A DNA stretch of 64,000 bases from Candidatus Latescibacterota bacterium. Lineage in GTDB: Bacteria; Latescibacterota; UBA2968. The stretch's first letter is position 1; each line of letters starts with the position of its first letter. Under the pieces are notes generated by a model. That model saw only the letters and a list, made by a program, of their open reading frames with translations. It had not been told where the DNA came from and made no database searches. Both the position numbers and the translations under genes were made by a program. The stretch covers positions 3,840,001 through 3,904,000 of the forward strand of contig OZ244960.1 of the NCBI GenBank assembly GCA_965222605.1. The letters run 5' to 3'. Positions 40,228 through 50,368 of the stretch are shown here, in pieces.

Positions 40228-40503
40228 ATGGTCAATCCTATAAAAATCTTCGATAGAGTGTTGGCAACGATAGCGCGTGTGATCATCAAGGGCTATCAAT
40301 ATGTGCTGTCGCCTCTGATGCGCTTTTTTGCCATTGCGTCCAGTCCATGCCGCTATCAACCCACATGTTCGCACTACGCCCTCGAGGCTTTTCGCCAGCA
40401 TCCCTTTGCGTATGCTCTTTCTCTTGTGATACGACGTATTTTGCGCTGCCATCCGTTTGCTAAAGGTGGGTACGATCCGGTTCCTCCGCCTTCCGATCAA
40501 TGA
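40228..40503 (+). CDS. yidD: Membrane protein insertion efficiency factor YidD
   Basis: YQ..LSP, CRYQPTCS.YA, RILRCHP...GGYDPVP. Confidence 0.92.
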   Translation: MVNPIKIFDRVLATIARVIIKGYQYVLSPLMRFFAIASSPCRYQPTCSHYALEAFRQHPFAYALSLVIRRILRCHPFAKGGYDPVPPPSDQ

Positions 40504-40507
40504 TTTT

Positions 40508-40858
40508 TTACCTCGCCAACATCCTGCCCAGAGGTCGTCCGCCGAGCAGGTGCATGTGGATATGATACACTTCCTGGCCTCCGTTGCGATTGCAGTTGAT
40601 GATGAGGCGATACCCGTCTTCTGAAATGCCCTTATCTGTTGCGATTTTTGCCGCTACAGTTATCATGCGCCCGAGTGCTGGTTCGTCTTCTTCTTGTACG
40701 TCGTTGATTGTGGGGATCAATTTATTCGGCACTATCAATATGTGGATGGGTGTCTGGGGGTTGATGTCTCGAAAGGCGGTTACCAGGTCGTCTTGATAAA
40801 CGATGTCTGCATTGATTTCGCGTCGAATAATTTTGCTAAAGATCGTTTCTTCGGCCAT
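40508..40858 (-). CDS. hinT: HIT family purine nucleoside phosphoramidase
   Basis: [34 protein letters not shown]. Confidence 0.93.
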   Translation of the reverse strand: MAEETIFSKIIRREINADIVYQDDLVTAFRDINPQTPIHILIVPNKLIPTINDVQEEDEPALGRMITVAAKIATDKGISEDGYRLIINCNRNGGQEVYHIHMHLLGGRPLGRMLAR

Positions 40859-40967
40859 TGTTCTCTCCCTGGTTGGATGTTTGCGAACGCAAAACTGTAT
40901 GATAGCGAATAGGATCGGTTTTTGCCAACTCGATTTTGACTGTTGGTTGAAAATCAATACAAAATTC

Positions 40968-40996
40968 TTGATGTTATAAAGGTAACACTGTATATT
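40968..40996 (+). promoter_or_regulatory. Putative sigma70 promoter for rpmG-rpmB with an overlapping palindrome TGTTA-N6-TAACA
   Basis: TTGATG-N17-TATATT; palindrome at 40972-40987. Confidence 0.45.
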
Positions 40997-41055
40997 TCAA
41001 CTTCTTGCCCCGCCGCGTGTTGGCGGTTTAACAAAAAAAGATACTGGAGGAAGCT

Positions 41056-41220
41056 ATGGCTAAGCGACAGGGCAGCCGCACTCTCATTAGAATGAAAAGC
41101 ACAGAGAGTTCGCACTATTATCACACGGAAAAAAATCGACAGAATCATCCCGATCGCCTCGAATTGAAAAAGTTCGATCCCATACTGAGGAAGCATGTGG
41201 TGTATCGGGAAGATAGATAG
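41056..41220 (+). CDS. rpmG: 50S ribosomal protein L33, Cys-free (C-) form
   Basis: Manual translation: [54 protein letters not shown]; RBS GGAGG; below the ORF-track size cutoff. Confidence 0.95.
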   Translation: MAKRQGSRTLIRMKSTESSHYYHTEKNRQNHPDRLELKKFDPILRKHVVYREDR

Positions 41221-41248
41221 CGATAAATATTGAGAAGAGGATTTTTCC

Positions 41249-41491
41249 ATGGCCAGACGTTGTAGTATTACGGGTAGGGGACCGCTGAGTGGCAATCACG
41301 TGTCCCACTCCAAACGAAGAGTCAAGCGGGTGCAGAAACCCAATTTGAAGAGCAAGCGCATTTACGTTCCCGAACTGGGTCGCTTTGTGCGTATCAAACT
41401 TTCGGCTCGCGCACTGCGAACGGTGAACAAAAAAGGTCTTTTACCGTATCTCAAAGATCGTGGTCTTTCAGTGGAGGAAGTTACGTTATAG
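41249..41491 (+). CDS. rpmB: 50S ribosomal protein L28, single-Cys (C-) form
   Basis: MARRCSITG..PLSGNHVSHS..R.KR...PNL. Confidence 0.95.
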   Translation: MARRCSITGRGPLSGNHVSHSKRRVKRVQKPNLKSKRIYVPELGRFVRIKLSARALRTVNKKGLLPYLKDRGLSVEEVTL

Positions 41492-41514
41492 TTAAAAATT
41501 AAATCTGTACTCTC

Positions 41515-41663
41515 GGATTTGGGTTGCAGTATAAGGGAAAACGGTGAAAATCCGTTGCGGTCCCGCCGCTGTAACTGGGGATGTTTCTTGCACTATGCCA
41601 CTGGTAAAAACCGGGAAGGCGCGAGAAGCATGAGACCCAGAAGCCAGAAGACCTGCCTGAATC
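41515..41663 (+). ncRNA. Cobalamin (AdoCbl) riboswitch
   Basis: AAGGGAA.ACGGTGAAAATCCG.TGCGGTCCCGCCGCTGTAA...GCCACTG...GGGAAGGC...AAGCCAGAAGACCTGCC B12 box; P1 GATTTGGGT/GCCTGAATC; upstream of btu-like genes. Confidence 0.95.
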
Positions 41664-41744
41664 TTAGACCTTATTGATTTCCTCGTGGATTGGGAAAAGG
41701 TGAGATCATGCGTGCGTTTCGGCTTTTTATCGCGTACAGCTATG

Positions 41745-41781
41745 TCCCTGATTTCCGCAAGGAAGTCGGGGATTTTTTTTT
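41745..41781 (+). terminator. Riboswitch-controlled intrinsic terminator
   Basis: TCCCTGATTTCC-GCAA-GGAAGTCGGGGA followed by T9. Confidence 0.85.
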
Positions 41782-41796
41782 GGGAAAGCGAGGCGT

Positions 41797-42915
41797 GTGT
41801 TGAATCTAAAAATATGGATACAGATGATATGTTGTATCGGGGTTTGGACCATACCTGTTCAGGCGCAATTGTCTTTGCAATATGCGCAGGGTTTTCGCGT
41901 TGATTATTTCGATGCGTACAGGGTTGTAACAGTGCTCGCGTCCGGGAGTGGAACACAAAAAAAGTTTCAGTATATCCTGGTGCAGCGCGGGGATAAGTCG
42001 CCCGATGGCTATGAAGGTGTTCCGAGAATAGAAATTCCCGTGCGGACTGTGATTACGACATCCACGACGCATCTGCCACATATCGAAAAGCTCGGTGAGA
42101 TTCATAGCCTGATTGGGATTGATAATATCAAGTACGTCAGTTCAGAGGCTGTCAACCAGCGCTTTGCGGCGGGTAAGTTGGCCGAAGTTGGGCGAGATAG
42201 GTCTATTGATTTGGAAAAAGTTCTGGTGCTTCAACCCGATCTCGTTATTACAGATTCGCAAGCGCAAGATAATGCCCTTGTTGCACTTCAAGAAGCGGGT
42301 GTGCCCGTTGTGATTAACGCTGCATACGCGGAACCTTCTTTGCTGGGACGCGTGGAGTGGATCAAATTTGTGGGTACTTTTTTTGATAAAGAAGGGCTGG
42401 CATCGGCCCAATTTGATAGCATTGTTGCGAGGTATGAGGCGCGCAGAGCTTTGACCCAGAATTTGCCGGCAGATAAGCGTCCCACTGTTTTTGTGGGGTC
42501 TCTCTGGCGCGGAACCTGGTTTATGTCTGGAGGAAAAACTTATGCCGCACAGTTGCTCAGAGATGCAGGGGCAAATTATCTGTGGGCAGATGATGGTTCA
42601 CAACAGAGTTTGGCGCTCGATTTTGAAACGGTTTACGAAAAGGCGCACGATGCGGATTGCTGGATCACGATGCGCAATGCGTGGTATTCTCGAGACGATG
42701 TTGTTGCCGAGGACGCGCGTTACAGAAAATTCGCGGCGTTCAAGACGGGGAATGTTTTCAATGCCAATGCGCGTCTCAATGCGCACGGGGGCAATGATTA
42801 TTGGGAAACGGGGCTTATTGAGCCAGATGTTGTGTTGGCTGATATTATTAAAATTCTACATCCCGACCTGTTGTTAGACCATCAACTCAAGTATTATCGA
42901 AAGCTCGATCCATAG
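41797..42915 (+). CDS. ABC transporter substrate-binding protein (BtuF/Fe-siderophore class)
   Basis: Class III SBP motifs IPVR.V...STT, E...LGR.EWIK, DYWE; first gene after the B12 riboswitch. Confidence 0.85.
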   Translation: MLNLKIWIQMICCIGVWTIPVQAQLSLQYAQGFRVDYFDAYRVVTVLASGSGTQKKFQYILVQRGDKSPDGYEGVPRIEIPVRTVITTSTTHLPHIEKLGEIHSLIGIDNIKYVSSEAVNQRFAAGKLAEVGRDRSIDLEKVLVLQPDLVITDSQAQDNALVALQEAGVPVVINAAYAEPSLLGRVEWIKFVGTFFDKEGLASAQFDSIVARYEARRALTQNLPADKRPTVFVGSLWRGTWFMSGGKTYAAQLLRDAGANYLWADDGSQQSLALDFETVYEKAHDADCWITMRNAWYSRDDVVAEDARYRKFAAFKTGNVFNANARLNAHGGNDYWETGLIEPDVVLADIIKILHPDLLLDHQLKYYRKLDP

Positions 42916-42918
42916 CTT

Positions 42919-45114
42919 ATGAAAACGATGCGTTTTTTAATTTTTTTGATTCTTTGCGCGAATACGCCGCTTTGGGCAGCACAGATTGTTGGTCGCGTTA
43001 CTGATGCGGAGACCCGAATGCCCATCGCAAGTGTGCGTGTTCGCGTTCTCAATACAGATTTTGCGACGCAGACAGATGAGAGCGGGCGCTTTGTTTTTTT
43101 TGATCTGATGCCCGGTACTTATACGCTTTCTGTGACACATGTGGCTTACGGTGTGGGTCAACGCACGGTCCGCGTGGCCGAAACGGCTGAGGTTTTTATT
43201 GCGCTGTCTCACAGGACGCTTCCCCTCGATGAGTTTTCGGTGATTGCCGATCCGATAGGGGCCAGCGATATTCACAGGAATCCGGCGTATGCGACGGTTA
43301 TTACGCGCGAAAGTTTTGAAGGTAGAGAAACATCTTTGCCCGATGTATTGGCTGAAGCTACGGGCGTACACGTCAAACGCCTGGGTGGGTTGGGCACTTT
43401 TAGCACGCTTTCATTGCGCGGTTCATCAGCCGATCAGGTTGAGGTTTATCTCGATGGCATTTTGCTCAATACCGCTTTTGGTGGGGGAGTAGATCTCAGC
43501 AATTTGCCTTTGGCTCACGTCGGACAGATTGAGGTGTATCGCGGTGCAGGTGCTGGCGGCAATGGACTGGGTGGTACTGTGCATGTGCGCACGCGACGGA
43601 CGCAAAGGCGATGGTTTCATGGGATTCGAGGATCTTGGGGTGCTCTTGATACGCGGTTGCTGAGTGGGGTGTTCGGAGGCGGGTTTGGTCAGTCGGAGTT
43701 TCTCGTTGTGGCTGATTATGCACATAGCGATAACGATTTTGCATTTCTCGATGATAATGGCACGGAATACAATGCCGATGACGATGTTTGGAGCAGACGT
43801 CAGAATAACGATCATCGATCTTTCAATTTGTTGGGCAAGTGGCGTCGCGCTTTTGGGGAGGATAGAATTTTATCCATCCACGAGACCGCGCACTGGAAAT
43901 ATCAGGGCATGCCCGGTATTAGCAATAATCAGTCGCAGAATGCACATTTGGACGCTTTCCAGACGATGACGGAGATCGCTTATGAAGATCGCGTTCTGTT
44001 GCGGGGCGTGAATACGCGGCAATCGCTTTATGTCACGCATGTCAAAGAGCGGTTCCGCGATCTGGATGGCGAAATCGGGATTGGTCGCCAGGATAACGAT
44101 TATCTCACGCGCACTTATGGGTGGCAGGGCCGTTTGCAAACGGTTTTGTTTTCGCGCTGTGATATCGCGGCTGCGATTGGTTTGCACAGGGAGACTTATT
44201 TGCCCACGACGCGCGTCCGGTCTGTCGCCAATTTGTTCGATAGTCAGCGGTGGATTTTTTCCGCACGCACGGGTCTCGATATTTCTTTGCCAGGTGAGAT
44301 CGGCATCTGGTCTTTTGGCGCGGAACAACGGCGGATATACAGTTCGTTTACGGGTGCCAGTCCTTTTAATTTTTCGCCGTTCGCGCCCGATTCGGCCAAT
44401 ACGCGCAATCTCACCAGTCTGCGCTCAGGTGTGCGGTTAGATCTGGCATCTCATCTGATGTTTAAGGCCAATGCGGGGCGCGTATTTCGAGTGCCCTCTT
44501 TTTACGAACTTTTTGGTGATCGCGGCGGTGTGGTCGGCAATGTCAATCTCAGGCCCGAGTATGGTCTCACGTGGGATGCGGGTCTGCGTTATGCAGATGG
44601 GATGACTACCTTAGAAAGCGCGTTTTTTGACCATCGCTATGAGGATTTGATCCAGTTTGTTCACACGTCACAGGCTACGTCGCGTCCGGTCAATATCGGC
44701 AAAGCGCGTGTGTATGGGGTTGAAATGACCGCGCAAAGACGCTTTGGTTCTCGGGTCGATCTGTCGGGTAATTACACGTATCAAAAAGCTACCGATAAGT
44801 CCAATATCCCCCATTTGAATGGCAATATTTTGCCCAATCGCCCGCCCCACGCACTATTTGTTCGTGCGACGATGCGCCTGGGGCGCTGTACTGTGTTTTA
44901 CGATTATACGTTTGAAGATGGCAATTTTCTCGATCGGGCGAATCGGCGTCCACTATTTTCGCGGCATGTTCACAATGCGGGCGTGAAAGTGGATACGAGA
45001 TTGGGGTTTCACATTGGATTGGAGGTGAAAAATTTAACCGGGGCACAAATCGCCGATACCTGGGGTTATCCGCTGCCGGGCCGCGCGTTTTTTTTGAGTG
45101 TGAATGCGGATTAG
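42919..45114 (+). CDS. TonB-dependent receptor, BtuB-like
   Basis: Plug SLRGS...QV.VYLDG, IEVYRG, R.PSF.EL, GN..LRPE, GYPLPGR; in the B12 operon. Confidence 0.88.
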   Translation: MKTMRFLIFLILCANTPLWAAQIVGRVTDAETRMPIASVRVRVLNTDFATQTDESGRFVFFDLMPGTYTLSVTHVAYGVGQRTVRVAETAEVFIALSHRTLPLDEFSVIADPIGASDIHRNPAYATVITRESFEGRETSLPDVLAEATGVHVKRLGGLGTFSTLSLRGSSADQVEVYLDGILLNTAFGGGVDLSNLPLAHVGQIEVYRGAGAGGNGLGGTVHVRTRRTQRRWFHGIRGSWGALDTRLLSGVFGGGFGQSEFLVVADYAHSDNDFAFLDDNGTEYNADDDVWSRRQNNDHRSFNLLGKWRRAFGEDRILSIHETAHWKYQGMPGISNNQSQNAHLDAFQTMTEIAYEDRVLLRGVNTRQSLYVTHVKERFRDLDGEIGIGRQDNDYLTRTYGWQGRLQTVLFSRCDIAAAIGLHRETYLPTTRVRSVANLFDSQRWIFSARTGLDISLPGEIGIWSFGAEQRRIYSSFTGASPFNFSPFAPDSANTRNLTSLRSGVRLDLASHLMFKANAGRVFRVPSFYELFGDRGGVVGNVNLRPEYGLTWDAGLRYADGMTTLESAFFDHRYEDLIQFVHTSQATSRPVNIGKARVYGVEMTAQRRFGSRVDLSGNYTYQKATDKSNIPHLNGNILPNRPPHALFVRATMRLGRCTVFYDYTFEDGNFLDRANRRPLFSRHVHNAGVKVDTRLGFHIGLEVKNLTGAQIADTWGYPLPGRAFFLSVNAD

Positions 45115-45153
45115 GTGGATGAAAGGTTCTTTTTTACGCAAGAGGAGGATGTG

Positions 45154-46386
45154 ATGAGATGGTTTTTAGTTGTTCTGTTTTTTGCATCAGAAGCACTGGC
45201 AAATCAGGCGGTTATTACGACGACGGATTATAGCAGTGGTAGTTTTTCGAGTATGGATCTCAGCACAAATACGGCAACGCACGATCATTTGACTATTCAC
45301 TCGGATGCGGCGGTGCGGACGTATCGGGATAAGGTGTATATTCTCAATCGTTTGAGACAGGATAATGTGATTGTTTTGAGTCGCAGTGATCTGAAGACGC
45401 CATTGACACAGTATTCGACGGGCAATGGTTCAAATCCGCACGATATGGCTTTTGTCAGTGAGGAGAAAGCGTATATTTCGCGGTATGAGCGCACGCAATT
45501 GCTAATAGTAAATCCCATTACGGGCGATTCACTGGGTGCGGTAGATTTATCGGCATTTGCAGATGCGGATGGTTTGCCCGAGATGAATCAGCTTGCGCTG
45601 TATGACAATTATTTGTTTGTCGCGTGTCAACGGCTGGATCGAGATAATGGATTTGTGCCGACGGATGTTTCGGTGATTGCGGTTGTCGATGTGATGACGG
45701 ATCAGGTGGTGGATGTGGATGCAAATACAGCGGGTGTGCAGGGGATTGTGATGGCGGGTAAGAATTCCGTGAGTGCAGATCAGCGGCATGACAAATGGAT
45801 TTTGAGCACTGTCAATTCATTTTCAGACTTCACCGATGGGGGTATTGAAGTTGTTGATTTGGAAAATTTGAGGAGCGAAGGTATTGTTATTGATGAGATA
45901 GCTTTGGGCGGCAATACAAATTCTTTAGCGATGATTTCTGACAACAAGGGGTATGTTGTTGTTTCAGATGCGAACTTTGTCAATGAGGTGAAAATTTTTG
46001 ATCTGACGAGGCAGTCTGTATCATCGCGTTTAAGCGGTGTCTCTGGTGGTTATATACCTGATTTGGGCGTATTCGGAGGGCGGTTGTACGTTTTGGATCA
46101 AGGGAGTTTTGTCGATCCGACATCTGCTGGGGTGCGGGTCTATGATGTGAAGACGGATCAGCTTGTGGCCGGTCCGATCAGTACGGGGCTGCCGCCTTCG
46201 GGTATTGCATTTGTGGGCAGTGTGGCTGATTTTAATGGCGATTGTGTGGTTGATTTTAGCGATTTTTTGGCTTTTGCTTCCGCGTTTGGGAAAATAGAGA
46301 GCGATGTCAGGTTCGATTTAAACGGCAATGGTTCGGTTGATTTTCCCGATTTTCTGATTTTTGTTTCGGAATTTGAAGGTGAATAA
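45154..46386 (+). CDS. Secreted beta-propeller (YncE/BtuG-like) with a C-terminal dockerin/EF-hand-like duplicate
   Basis: Signal peptide, [14 protein letters not shown] propeller repeats, tail [14 protein letters not shown]...[14 protein letters not shown]. Confidence 0.72.
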   Translation: MRWFLVVLFFASEALANQAVITTTDYSSGSFSSMDLSTNTATHDHLTIHSDAAVRTYRDKVYILNRLRQDNVIVLSRSDLKTPLTQYSTGNGSNPHDMAFVSEEKAYISRYERTQLLIVNPITGDSLGAVDLSAFADADGLPEMNQLALYDNYLFVACQRLDRDNGFVPTDVSVIAVVDVMTDQVVDVDANTAGVQGIVMAGKNSVSADQRHDKWILSTVNSFSDFTDGGIEVVDLENLRSEGIVIDEIALGGNTNSLAMISDNKGYVVVSDANFVNEVKIFDLTRQSVSSRLSGVSGGYIPDLGVFGGRLYVLDQGSFVDPTSAGVRVYDVKTDQLVAGPISTGLPPSGIAFVGSVADFNGDCVVDFSDFLAFASAFGKIESDVRFDLNGNGSVDFPDFLIFVSEFEGE

Positions 46387-46415
46387 AAGCCTTTATTTTC
46401 GTTAGAGAGGTTTCT

Positions 46416-46976
46416 ATGAGTGCCAGAAAAGAGACAGAACGCAAGCGGCATGTGAAAAAGGGTCTGGTGATGGTCAATACCGGAGATGGTAAGGGTAAGA
46501 CCACAGCCGCGCTGGGGGTGATGACCCGCGCATGGGGGCGCAAGATGCGCGTGGGCGTGATTCAGTTTTTGAAGCATGAGAATGCCAATTTTGGCGAGAT
46601 TCGCGCGGCCAGGCGCATGGAGATCGATTGGATTGGTACGGGCGATGGGTGGACGTGGACGAGTAAGGATATAGATGAGACACAGGCTCGGGCATTGCGC
46701 GGCTGGGAAGTGGCGCAGGAGCGGATTGTTAGCGGGAATTACGATCTGTTTATTTTGGATGAGTTTACGTATTTGATGGCTTTTGGCTGGTTGGATGCGA
46801 CAGAGGTGGTGGCGTGGTTGCGAGAGCACAAGCCCGAGATGTTGCATGTGATTATTACAGGACGCGATGCGCCAGACGAGTTGATGGATTTTGCCGATAT
46901 GGTGACTGAAATGCGCGAGATTAAGCATCCGTTTAGTGATCAGGGTATTGTTGCTCAACCCGGGATTGATTTTTAA
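46416..46976 (+). CDS. cobO: Cob(I)yrinic acid a,c-diamide adenosyltransferase
   Basis: [35 protein letters not shown]. Confidence 0.95.
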   Translation: MSARKETERKRHVKKGLVMVNTGDGKGKTTAALGVMTRAWGRKMRVGVIQFLKHENANFGEIRAARRMEIDWIGTGDGWTWTSKDIDETQARALRGWEVAQERIVSGNYDLFILDEFTYLMAFGWLDATEVVAWLREHKPEMLHVIITGRDAPDELMDFADMVTEMREIKHPFSDQGIVAQPGIDF

Positions 46977-47033
46977 GATGGATGAGTTTATCGATGCTGG
47001 CGGTTTTATATGTGTTCCTAATTCCAGAGGTAT

Positions 47034-48044
47034 GTGGTGGTTGAAGCGATTCTTAAAACACAAAATCTCGCTGTGGGTTATAAACACGGTCGTCGTTCAT
47101 CTCGCGTTGTGGCTCGCAATATAGATGTGTCGCTCCGCCGTGGTGAATTTGTGTGTTTGCTGGGTCCCAATGGTGCGGGCAAATCCACGCTTATACGCAC
47201 GCTTGTGGGGATGCAGCCGCCGCTCGATGGGCATGTTTATCTTATGGGTAGAGATATCGCGGATATGTCTGCAACAGAAGTTGCACAGGTGCTCAGCGTG
47301 GTGCTCACAGATCGCATTAGTGTTGGTATTATGGCTGTGCGCGATTTGGTCGGTCTGGGGCGATATCCCCATACGGATTGGATCGGACGCTTTACCGATG
47401 AAGATGAACGGGTTGTTTCCTGGGCGATTCGGGCGGCCCGCGCTGAGGATTTGGCATATCGCAATGTGGCAGAACTCAGCGATGGCGAGCGTCAAAAGGT
47501 TATGATTGCACGCGCGCTGGCGCAGCAGCCCGATCTTATGATTCTGGATGAACCTACGGCTTTTCTCGATTTGCCGCGCCGCGCTGAAATCATGGCTTTG
47601 TTACAAGATCTGGCACATTCTACGGGTAAGGCGATTTTGCTTTCAACACACGATTTGGATCTGGCGCTGCGCTGTGCAGACCGTATCTATCTTTTGCCGT
47701 TTGAGGGCGCGTTGCAGACCGGTGCGCCTGAGGATTTAATTCTCAATGGTGCATTTGAAGGTGCGTTTCAGAGTGATGGCGTGCGTTTTGACGCAGATAC
47801 GGGTGCGTTTAAGCTCAATGCACAACGGGGCCGCGCCTCAGTTGCTGTTTCTGGGGAAGGGCGACGCGCGTATTGGACAAAGCGCGCGCTGGAGAGGGCC
47901 GGGTTTCGAGTGAGAGATGCGGGGGCTGAGTGGTGTGTCGATATTCGCGAAGGTGATACCTGGTGTGTTGAGCACAGTGGATCAGTTCGGGAATACGATT
48001 CTATTTGCGATTTGATTGCGGCACTGAAAAGCGATCATGGATGA
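47034..48044 (+). CDS. ABC transporter ATP-binding protein (BtuD/FecE-like)
   Basis: GPNGAGKST, LSDGERQK, ILDEPT, STHD. Confidence 0.92.
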   Translation: MVVEAILKTQNLAVGYKHGRRSSRVVARNIDVSLRRGEFVCLLGPNGAGKSTLIRTLVGMQPPLDGHVYLMGRDIADMSATEVAQVLSVVLTDRISVGIMAVRDLVGLGRYPHTDWIGRFTDEDERVVSWAIRAARAEDLAYRNVAELSDGERQKVMIARALAQQPDLMILDEPTAFLDLPRRAEIMALLQDLAHSTGKAILLSTHDLDLALRCADRIYLLPFEGALQTGAPEDLILNGAFEGAFQSDGVRFDADTGAFKLNAQRGRASVAVSGEGRRAYWTKRALERAGFRVRDAGAEWCVDIREGDTWCVEHSGSVREYDSICDLIAALKSDHG

Positions 48045-49127
48045 ATGGGGGTGATCGGGATGGAGGCTCAAAACAAGGATGAAGCGCGAGGAGGATCGCG
48101 GCGTGCGGTTATTGTGCTGGGGTTATTTTTTCTGCTCCTGATCGCGTTCGGTTTGAGTTTGTCGCTGGGGTCGGTTCGTATTCCATTCGCAGGTTTGTTT
48201 GGCATTCTTACGGGTGGAGAAGTGTCTTCTCCGGCATGGGCGATTATTGTTCATACAATTCGACTGCCCAAGGCGATGACCGCTGTGTTGGCGGGTGCGG
48301 CGCTTTCTGTGAGTGGGTTGCAGATGCAAACGCTTTTTCGCAATCCGCTGGCAGATCCTTTTGTGCTGGGTATCAGTGCTGGCGCGAGTCTCGGCGTTGC
48401 TATTGTGGTGCTGACGGTGGGTTCGATTGGTAGTGCGCTTATCGCGGGGTTGGGTTTTCTGGGCGATTTGAGTTTGGCTGTTGCGGCTATTATAGGTGCT
48501 GCCACTGTGTTGGGGTGCGTGCTGCTAATTTCTCGCAGTGTGCAGAGTGTGATGACGTTGCTGATTTTGGGTCTGATGTTTGGGTATGCGACCGGAGCTT
48601 TTGTCAGTATTTTGATTTATTTTAGCGTTCCCGAACAAATTCAGTCGTATATTTTGTGGACTTTTGGCAGTTTTGGGAGTGTGACATGGCGACAGATGCC
48701 CGTGCTTGTCTCTGCTATTTTTTTGGGGCTTTTGCTGGCGTTTTTGTGTATTAAACCGCTCAATGCGCTTTTGCTCGGGGAAAATTATGCGCGCAGTATG
48801 GGTCTGAATGTCAAGCGCATCCGATTATGGATTTTGATCAGTGCATCGATTCTGACGGGCGCGACCACTGCTTTTTGTGGTCCGATTGCGTTTTTGGGTC
48901 TGGCTGTGCCGCATCTTTGTCGCAGTTTGTTGCATACGTCGGATCACCGCGTGCTTATGCCTGCGGTCACTTGTCTGGGGGCGACGCTGGCACTGCTATC
49001 CGATTTGATTGCCCATTTGCCGGGGAGTCAATTTGTTTTGCCGCTGAATGCAGTGACGTCCCTGATTGGCGCACCAATTGTAATCTGGTTTATTCTGTAT
49101 CGCAAAAATTTGAGTCAGGCGTTTTAG
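48045..49127 (+). CDS. FecCD/BtuC family ABC permease
   Basis: IRLPK, QTLFRNPLADP..LG, GE.YA.S.G, GPIAFLG. Confidence 0.93.
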   Translation: MGVIGMEAQNKDEARGGSRRAVIVLGLFFLLLIAFGLSLSLGSVRIPFAGLFGILTGGEVSSPAWAIIVHTIRLPKAMTAVLAGAALSVSGLQMQTLFRNPLADPFVLGISAGASLGVAIVVLTVGSIGSALIAGLGFLGDLSLAVAAIIGAATVLGCVLLISRSVQSVMTLLILGLMFGYATGAFVSILIYFSVPEQIQSYILWTFGSFGSVTWRQMPVLVSAIFLGLLLAFLCIKPLNALLLGENYARSMGLNVKRIRLWILISASILTGATTAFCGPIAFLGLAVPHLCRSLLHTSDHRVLMPAVTCLGATLALLSDLIAHLPGSQFVLPLNAVTSLIGAPIVIWFILYRKNLSQAF

Positions 49128-49135
49128 TATGGATA

Positions 49136-49924
49136 TTAATTATTCGGACTTTGCTCGAGGGTTTCCAGCCAGCGATAGCCGTAGGTTGGGATGTTGGATG
49201 ACGGTGGGGTTGTGCTGCTGGTAAACATGTTGAATCGCTCGGCTCGCAGACGGTAGCTATAGTTGTGCCAGGGCTGGAAGTTCACGATTTCACTGCGGAA
49301 GGCTTCGCCATTGACGACGTTGCAGTACACGGGGTAGTTGTCGTCGCATCTGGTTCTGTGAGGTCCTACGGTTATTTCTTCTTCTGTGCCCGTCACTTCA
49401 GTTTTTGAGACTATTTCAGTCAATACGTATCGGCCATCGCTGTATTGGTTTGCGTTGAGGGTATAGTGATAACCGGTTTCGTAATCAAAGTTGGTGATGA
49501 TATCGTCGTATGGTACACCGTTAATCAGCAGGCAAAAGTCGTCTATTTGCACACATTTTACTCGCGTTGGTCCCACAGATAAGGTTGCAGGAGTGGATGG
49601 CGCGCGGGTTTTTTCCAGTTGTTCCAGCAGGCGATAACTGTATTGGCCGGCATCCTGCGGCGGTTCTTCTCCATCCCAGGGGTCGTATTTGCCGATTCGC
49701 AGACGATAGTTGTAGCCCGCTTCGAAGTTGAAGCCCTCAATGCCGTCGTAGAATAATGAGCCGTCAACTACCATGCAAGACTGTTCGCCCACGCCATAGC
49801 ATCTGGCCAGGGCTGGGCCGACGGTTACTTCCCGTATCTCAATGTATTCGGAATTGGTCGGATCCAACGGAACTTCACAGGCAGTAAGGAACAGAGCGAA
49901 GAGGAAAAACCATCTGGTGAGCAT
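49136..49924 (-). CDS. DUF4377-like repeat lipoprotein
   Basis: Lipobox LTAC; three repeats of VGP....C...C..V.G....I..F.......Y.L. Confidence 0.65.
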   Translation of the reverse strand: MLTRWFFLFALFLTACEVPLDPTNSEYIEIREVTVGPALARCYGVGEQSCMVVDGSLFYDGIEGFNFEAGYNYRLRIGKYDPWDGEEPPQDAGQYSYRLLEQLEKTRAPSTPATLSVGPTRVKCVQIDDFCLLINGVPYDDIITNFDYETGYHYTLNANQYSDGRYVLTEIVSKTEVTGTEEEITVGPHRTRCDDNYPVYCNVVNGEAFRSEIVNFQPWHNYSYRLRAERFNMFTSSTTPPSSNIPTYGYRWLETLEQSPNN

Positions 49925-50125
49925 TGGATTACTCCTTTTTGTACGGCGCGGTAACGGTTTACGATATTAAACATCGTGAAGGGCAAATGGGTTCCTTTAT
50001 ATGAACATTGATTGACTTTCTGAGGTCAGTCCCTTAAATTTTCTTCTCAGAAGAAATACAGTCTCACGCTTGCCGAAATGATGAAAGAAAAGTAAATTTT
50101 GCAGCAGAAACGAAGGAGGTTCACC

Positions 50126-50368
50126 GTGGCTGAAACAATGCTCGAAGAAGATGGTCACCTGCTTTTGCCGCAAGAAATAAGGGAGCATCTACATCTCCAT
50201 CCAGGAGACAGATTGAATATTGTTATTCAAAACAATGGAGATGTGGTTATAAAATCAAATCTGCGAGATGTTCGGGATTTGAAAGGTATTTTGCCCCCTC
50301 CCTCTAAGCCGGTCTCTATTGAGGATATGAAACGGGCTATTCGTTTGCGAGGTAGTAAAAATCAATGA
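50126..50368 (+). CDS. AbrB/MazE-family antitoxin
   Basis: GTG after GGAGG; G.LLLPQEIRE.L.L.PGD; coupled to a PIN gene. Confidence 0.85.
   Translation: MAETMLEEDGHLLLPQEIREHLHLHPGDRLNIVIQNNGDVVIKSNLRDVRDLKGILPPPSKPVSIEDMKRAIRLRGSKNQ

Noticed and set aside
39325-40500. 391-aa ORF suggesting an N-terminally extended FolE2
   Set aside because: The extension is the antisense of yidD; the real start is ATG at 40170 with a GGAG RBS
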